From Bacteriovoracia bacterium (GTDB lineage: Bacteria; Bdellovibrionota; UBA1018; CAIPTA01), in contig JBFWVL010000005.1 in the NCBI GenBank assembly GCA_050246755.1, positions 160,001 to 224,000 of the forward strand: a stretch of DNA of 64,000 nt. Direction: 5' to 3'. The translations under genes and the position numbers were made by a program. The notes under the pieces were generated by a model that was not told the DNA's origin, did not search any database, and saw only the letters and a list, made by a program, of their open reading frames with translations. Positions 59,334-64,000 of the stretch are shown piece after piece. Numbering within the stretch: position 1 is the stretch's first letter; each line of letters opens with the position of its first letter.

Positions 59334-59588
59334 TTGAGTCAACTATCGAAAAAGAAAGCACAGGCGCAGTATCAACGCGCTTTCGGAAAACACCTCGCGC
59401 TGACGATTGAGCGCCGGGGCTATTCCTCGATCTACGACTTCTGGATTCGGAAGGCGGGCGACCACCTCTCGCGGGCCTCGATCAACTTTCTCGTTCTCGG
59501 CGAGAAAGACCCGAAGCTCTCGACCATCAGAATCCTCGCGCGCTTGCTGAACGTCGCCCCGAAAGACCTGCTCGACTTCGAGAAGTAG
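59334..59588 (+). CDS. XRE-family regulator
   Basis: FGKHL...GEKDPKLSTIRILARLLNVAPKDLLDF. Confidence 0.8.
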   Translation: MSQLSKKKAQAQYQRAFGKHLALTIERRGYSSIYDFWIRKAGDHLSRASINFLVLGEKDPKLSTIRILARLLNVAPKDLLDFEK

Positions 59589-59761
59589 GGCACGGCGGCG
59601 CGATCGGGACGGCAAGCGCGAAGCCCCTGCATACCACACGAGGCGTGCGCCTGCGCCTGGGCAGCTTCTTAAATCAGTGGGGGGAAGGGGCGCTTAACCA
59701 TTTGCCTGCTGTCAACTCCGTGAACGAAATGAACCGGGAAAGTCTTCCAATAGATCCGCGT

Positions 59762-59945
59762 GGCCGGCGCGCCGGTCAGCGCCAGATTCTCTTTAAATGA
59801 CTATATATTCTATAGTTGTGTGTCTTATGCAGCGATAACTCTTCCCGGTGGCCGGAATCCTGGCCGGGTAGATAAACAAAAATCCTCTTTGTTTTCGGAC
59901 TCGTTTCCAAAGCATCACCTGGGCCGTGGCCAGAAATCTGGCCAC
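59762..59945. promoter_or_regulatory. GGCC-N8-GGCC palindromic sites (putative UAS of cassette 2)
   Basis: 59926-59945 GTGGCCAGAAATCTGGCCAC, 59850-59865 GGCCGGAATCCTGGCC, 59762-59777 GGCCGGCGCGCCGGTC. Confidence 0.6.
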
Positions 59946-59993
59946 TTCGCTACCAGTTCGCGGCCATTGCCCAAAATAAAGGCAGCTCGAGGG

Positions 59994-60009
59994 TGGCACG
60001 CTCCTTGCC
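59994..60009 (+). promoter_or_regulatory. Sigma54 (-24/-12) promoter of cassette 2
   Basis: TGGCACGCTCCTTGCC matches TGGCACG-N4-TTGC exactly. Confidence 0.85.
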
Positions 60010-60041
60010 CTTAGCAGCACACGCAAGAGAGGTAAGAGCCT

Positions 60042-61460
60042 GTGAAGTATAGGATTTTGCTAGTTGACGATAACAAGCTAGACATCGAGACGACGCTCGG
60101 AGAGTTCGCGGGTGAGGGCGATATGGAGTTCTCCACCGCGCAGACCGCCGAGCATGCGTTGACGCTCGTGAAGCAATCCCCCGACGCCTTCGCCGTTGTC
60201 CTGCTCGACTACAATCTGGCGGGCACCACCGGCGACAAGGCAGCAAAAGACCTACTTGCCATCAACGCCCGGCTCAACATCGTGATTCTCTCGGGCGATA
60301 ACACGCGCGCCGCCGCGATCAACACGCTCAAGGCCGGGGCGGTGGATTTCATCGACAAGACACTACCGCCGGAGGAGAAGATCGCGTCCGTCCGGGGCTA
60401 CTGCCGCAAGTTCGACGAAGTGGCGCGCGTAGTGACTTTCGAGGCCGATGGGTCGGCCCGCGCCAAGATCATAGCCGACGCCGGGCTTATTATCGGCCGC
60501 TCGAAGGCCCTAGCCGAAGTGGCCCAACAAATCCTGCGGATCGGCGGCAGTAGCTCCACCGCGCTCGTGCGCGGGGAATCCGGTACGGGTAAGGAAGTCG
60601 TGGCGCGAGCCATACACGACCACTCCACGCGCAAGGGAAAGGCATTCGTGCCCATCAACTGCGGCGCGATCCCCGAGAACCTGATCGAAAGCGAGCTATT
60701 CGGCCACGAGAAAGGCACGTTTACCGGCGCTCTTACGAAAAAGGTCGGAAAATTCCAGCTCGCGCACGGAGGGACCATCTTCCTCGATGAGATCGGGGAA
60801 ATGCCGCTCAATATGCAGGTGCGCCTCCTGCGGGTTTTGCAAGAGGGAACGATCGACATGATCGGCGGCCGGATGCCGATGCCGGTTGACGTTCGCGTGA
60901 TCGCGGCCACGAATCGAGATCTCGAAGAAGCCGTAAAAAAAGGCCAGTTCCGCGAAGACCTCTACTACCGCCTCAACGTGATTCCGTTCTACGTGCCGCC
61001 GCTCCGAGAGCGCAAAGAAGACATTGAGCCGCTAATCTCTCATTTCGTGCGTAACCACCCAACGGGTTCCGGCAAAAAGTTCCTCTACAGCACACTAAGA
61101 TACTTCCTTGATTATCCGTGGCGCGGGAACGTGCGCGAGCTGGAGAACACCATCGACCGCGTGCTTACCCTCACGCCGGATGAATACATTTCCCCTCGGC
61201 ACCTGGAACCAAAGTTTTTCGGCAACGACGCCTCGGGCCTGGACTTCGATTGCGATTGGCAGACGTTTCTCGACCAGAAGAAAAAGCGCGAGGACGAGCT
61301 GGATCGGAAATTCATTTCCTACCATCTGACGAAGCACAAGTCGGTGCGCGATCTCGCCAAGTCGAAGCTCAAGATGCCGAAATCCACTCTCCAGACTCGT
61401 ATCAACGAGCTTGAAATCGACGCCGAGGAACTTACGAAGTCGGAGGAGGAATATGCTTAA
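60042..61460 (+). CDS. Sigma54-dependent response regulator (NtrC-like)
   Basis: Receiver domain, GESGTGKE, ESELFGHEKGTFTGA, FLDEIGE, FREDLYYRLN, HTH. Confidence 0.95.
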   Translation: MKYRILLVDDNKLDIETTLGEFAGEGDMEFSTAQTAEHALTLVKQSPDAFAVVLLDYNLAGTTGDKAAKDLLAINARLNIVILSGDNTRAAAINTLKAGAVDFIDKTLPPEEKIASVRGYCRKFDEVARVVTFEADGSARAKIIADAGLIIGRSKALAEVAQQILRIGGSSSTALVRGESGTGKEVVARAIHDHSTRKGKAFVPINCGAIPENLIESELFGHEKGTFTGALTKKVGKFQLAHGGTIFLDEIGEMPLNMQVRLLRVLQEGTIDMIGGRMPMPVDVRVIAATNRDLEEAVKKGQFREDLYYRLNVIPFYVPPLRERKEDIEPLISHFVRNHPTGSGKKFLYSTLRYFLDYPWRGNVRELENTIDRVLTLTPDEYISPRHLEPKFFGNDASGLDFDCDWQTFLDQKKKREDELDRKFISYHLTKHKSVRDLAKSKLKMPKSTLQTRINELEIDAEELTKSEEEYA

Positions 61461-62538
61461 GCAGGTTTCCGAATCCTTGGAGCGCGCGGTGTTGGGTTGG
61501 ATCAACGTGGACCGCTACCTCCCGCTCCAGATCGACATTACCAACGCGTGCAATTTACGCTGTAAACATTGCTACCACCCGCACCACAAAAACGCGGGAG
61601 CCCTTGAGCTAAGCGATTGGCTGGCGATCCTCGACCAATACGACGCCCTGACGAGAAAGCTCCGCTTCCGCCCGAACGTAGTCATCTGCGGAGGCGAGCC
61701 GTTCTTGAGCCAGCACTTCGAGACAATCCTGCAAAACCTGCTCTCTCGTGAGAGGCCGTACCGCCTATCCGTGCTCACTAACGGCACGATCGTTGACCCG
61801 GCGAAGCTCGCGCTCCTCAAACAGTTCCCCGAGCTGAGCGTGCAGGTCAGCCTAGACGGCCCGAATGCCGAGGCTCACGATTCCGTGCGCGGGGCCGGCA
61901 ACTTCGCGCGGGCGCTGAATGGGATTCGTATTTTCCGCGAGCGCGGAATCAGGGTTCACCTCTCTGCGGTTCTCTCGAAGCGCACCTCCCGCTCGATCGG
62001 GGAGTTCTTCGACCTCGCCCGAGAGCTCAACGTGACCGGTATGGGCTTCGCCCGCCTGATCGTGCAGGGATACGCGCAGAAGCTCGTTACCGAAAACGAA
62101 GACCGCCCGCTCTCGCCGCTGGAGTTGCGGGACGCCTACCGCGCCCTCATCATGGATGCCGCCCGCACCGGGATAAAGACGAGCACTAACTCGCCGCTGT
62201 TCCACCTCGTGCAGCCGGGCCTCGGGCGTAACGGCCGCTTTTGGGAAGGAATCGTGATCGACTACCGGGGAAACTATCTTGCCAGTAGTCGCTCGCGCCT
62301 AATCCTGGGCCACGCCCTTACCGAAGGGATCGAAAATATTTTCCTGCGGCACCCGCTCTTGCAGCGCCTGCGTCGGCAGGATGTGAAAGTTTGCGGGGCT
62401 TGCCCGCACTACGCCGTGTGCGGCGGTGATCGGAATGCGGCTTACGCCGATTCCGGCGACTTCCTGGGGGCCGATCCCGGTTGCTGGCTTTTGACGAAAC
62501 AAAATCAAACAGCTGAGGAGAAAATATGCGCTTCCTGA
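61453..62538 (+). CDS. Radical SAM/SPASM-type peptide maturase-like enzyme
   Basis: CNLRCKHC, GGEP, SLDG and C-terminal CGAC...C...DPGC. ATG follows GGAGGA. Confidence 0.9.
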   Translation: MLKQVSESLERAVLGWINVDRYLPLQIDITNACNLRCKHCYHPHHKNAGALELSDWLAILDQYDALTRKLRFRPNVVICGGEPFLSQHFETILQNLLSRERPYRLSVLTNGTIVDPAKLALLKQFPELSVQVSLDGPNAEAHDSVRGAGNFARALNGIRIFRERGIRVHLSAVLSKRTSRSIGEFFDLARELNVTGMGFARLIVQGYAQKLVTENEDRPLSPLELRDAYRALIMDAARTGIKTSTNSPLFHLVQPGLGRNGRFWEGIVIDYRGNYLASSRSRLILGHALTEGIENIFLRHPLLQRLRRQDVKVCGACPHYAVCGGDRNAAYADSGDFLGADPGCWLLTKQNQTAEEKICAS

Positions 62539-62864
62539 AAAAACTGACCCTGACCGTTCTTTCCGTCATGCCCATCGCCTCGATTTCCACCGTGGCCTAC
62601 TGCCAGCTCAACGAGCTGGTCGGTGAGGAACAGAACGATCTGCTGCGTGGGCAAATCTCTTCGGCTCACGCGCTCCTGATGGCTCCCGGTACGGTTTCGA
62701 CGACTGAGGAAGAATCGAAGGTCTATCTTTCTCAGCAAACCGGCATCACCGACCCCAAGGAGCTTGAAGACGAGTTCCAGCGGCAACTGCGTGTGCTGGT
62801 GGAAAAGGGATTGGTAGAGAAGAACGAGAGGAACATCACTTCTAAAATTCCAAGCGAATGGTAG
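62526..62864 (+). CDS. Secreted 112-aa protein, candidate signal/RiPP precursor (C-terminus NITSKIPSEW)
   Basis: GAGGAG RBS, Sec-type signal peptide. Lies between the rSAM and binding-protein genes. Confidence 0.75.
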   Translation: MRFLKKLTLTVLSVMPIASISTVAYCQLNELVGEEQNDLLRGQISSAHALLMAPGTVSTTEEESKVYLSQQTGITDPKELEDEFQRQLRVLVEKGLVEKNERNITSKIPSEW

Positions 62865-62869
62865 AGTGA

Positions 62870-64000
62870 ATGAGGCGCGTTTTCGTTCTCATCACTTTGG
62901 GTTTGGCGCTCGGAGGTTTTTGTATGCAGCAGCTCGAAGGACAGAAGAGAAGAATCCGCGTGGCGTTTGGAAGCCCCTGGAAGACGACTCATCCGGGACT
63001 CCAGCACACGCTCGTCGGCGATCTTGTCCTGAGCAACCAGTACGAGGCGCTGGTCGGCATGAATGAGTTCGGCGTCGCCGTACCTCTCGCCGCGAAGTCT
63101 TGGGACGCGAGCGAGGATTTCAAGACGTTCACCTTCCATATCGACACGAGTAAGACGTTCTCCGACGGTGAGCACCTTTCCGCGCGGGACTTCAAGCGGT
63201 CTTGGGAAGATGCCTTGGCGCTGGAGCCGAAGTCGAGCAATAGCAGCCTCCTCGACATTATGTATAAGATTCGGGGCTTCTCGGATTTCCCGAAAACGAA
63301 AACCATTTCTGGCATCGAGGTCGTGGACGACTCTACGCTCCGCATACACTTCGACTCCGCGTTCCGCATGGCCCTGAGCCATTTCATGGGAAACCGTTTC
63401 GCCGTCTATAAGGAGAAGGATGGTAAGTTCCTCGGGACGGGAAAGTTCGTGATCGACGAGCGGGCCGAGAATGATCTGCTGTTCGCGCCGAATCCCCGCG
63501 ATCCCGACGCGAAAAATCTGCCTTCCATCGAGGTTTCAGTCGTGAGAACCGACGAGGCGACGGCGCGCCTGCTCGATGGTACGATCGATGTTTTCGCCTA
63601 CGGGCGGGGCTCTTCCGTTTCGCCTACGATCAAAGAGAGCGGAAAGCTCTCCGTGGTCGTTGGTCAGGATGCCCTGCACGAGACGACGATCCTGAACCTT
63701 AAACATGGAAGGTTCTTTCACAACCGCCAGTATCGCCTGGCGATGCAATACCTCATCCACAAGAAGTTTTCCGCGGAGCCGGCGCTGCTCGGAAACACGG
63801 ATTACTCGTCAGTGGACGCGCAGGTGTTTCTGCCGCTCCAGCCGGGCCGGATTCCAGATCAAGACGTAGAAAAAATCATCGACAGTGGCGAGCGTTTCGT
63901 GCTGGAAATGATCGCCGCGACCAAGAAGCACCCGCTGCTGGTCTACACTTCGGAAAGCGACGATTGGCTGCTCCCATTTCTCCGCGAGATCGGCGTGGCC
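62870..64000 (+). CDS. Family-5 solute-binding protein (runs off the window; missing from ORF track)
   Basis: Manual translation MRRVFVLITLGLALGG...QYEALVG...PLAAKSW..SEDFKTFTFHI...FSDGEHLSARDFKRSW...GTGKF, open to the window end. Confidence 0.85.
   Translation, partial: MRRVFVLITLGLALGGFCMQQLEGQKRRIRVAFGSPWKTTHPGLQHTLVGDLVLSNQYEALVGMNEFGVAVPLAAKSWDASEDFKTFTFHIDTSKTFSDGEHLSARDFKRSWEDALALEPKSSNSSLLDIMYKIRGFSDFPKTKTISGIEVVDDSTLRIHFDSAFRMALSHFMGNRFAVYKEKDGKFLGTGKFVIDERAENDLLFAPNPRDPDAKNLPSIEVSVVRTDEATARLLDGTIDVFAYGRGSSVSPTIKESGKLSVVVGQDALHETTILNLKHGRFFHNRQYRLAMQYLIHKKFSAEPALLGNTDYSSVDAQVFLPLQPGRIPDQDVEKIIDSGERFVLEMIAATKKHPLLVYTSESDDWLLPFLREIGVA

Larger units (their letters stand above)
47560..64000. 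mobile_element. Second genomic island (possibly another ICE) starting at the 3' end of tRNA-Pro; continues beyond the window
   Basis: Accessory genes, several XRE regulators and a signalling cassette paralleling the one in the first ICE. No integrase seen. Confidence 0.55.

Overview
The window holds three blocks. (1) 1-~41545 is part of an integrative conjugative element (ICE) that ends at the 3' end of a tRNA-fMet. It contains an F-type-like transfer operon (TraH/TraC/TraV/TraB/TraK/TraE/TraL/pilin/TraF, a GspE/PilB-type ATPase and a coupling protein fused to a TraU-like domain), a six-gene peptide-signalling cassette, a defence/DNA-processing cargo block (SNF2 helicase, DUF2779 nuclease, SPL-like radical SAM plus ASCH, type IIG R-M, SRAP, CoiA) and a leading-region-like end (ArdA, AbiE). 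(2) ~41546-47559 is chromosomal core: tRNA-fMet, bcp, polX, nth, rph, tRNA-Pro. (3) 47560-64000 is a second island starting at tRNA-Pro, with surface-protein genes and a second signalling cassette. The best candidate for a new system is a pair of parallel, apparently modular RiPP-type quorum-sensing cassettes. Cassette 1 is sigma54 response regulator, MFS exporter, solo peptide-binding protein, hybrid histidine kinase, an unannotated 26-aa Ser-rich peptide (MQEQIVINLAALEAEADSYISGSSSN) and a stand-alone LanM-type dehydratase (DUF4135). Cassette 2 is sigma54 response regulator, radical SAM/SPASM enzyme, a secreted 112-aa protein ending ...SKIPSEW and a solo peptide-binding protein. Each has a sigma54 promoter and its own palindromic sites (GTCT-N8-AGAC versus GGCC-N8-GGCC), and the cassette 1 sites recur in front of the transfer region. 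All family calls come from motif recognition by eye; no database search was run. A Bdellovibrionota-like host is only my impression.
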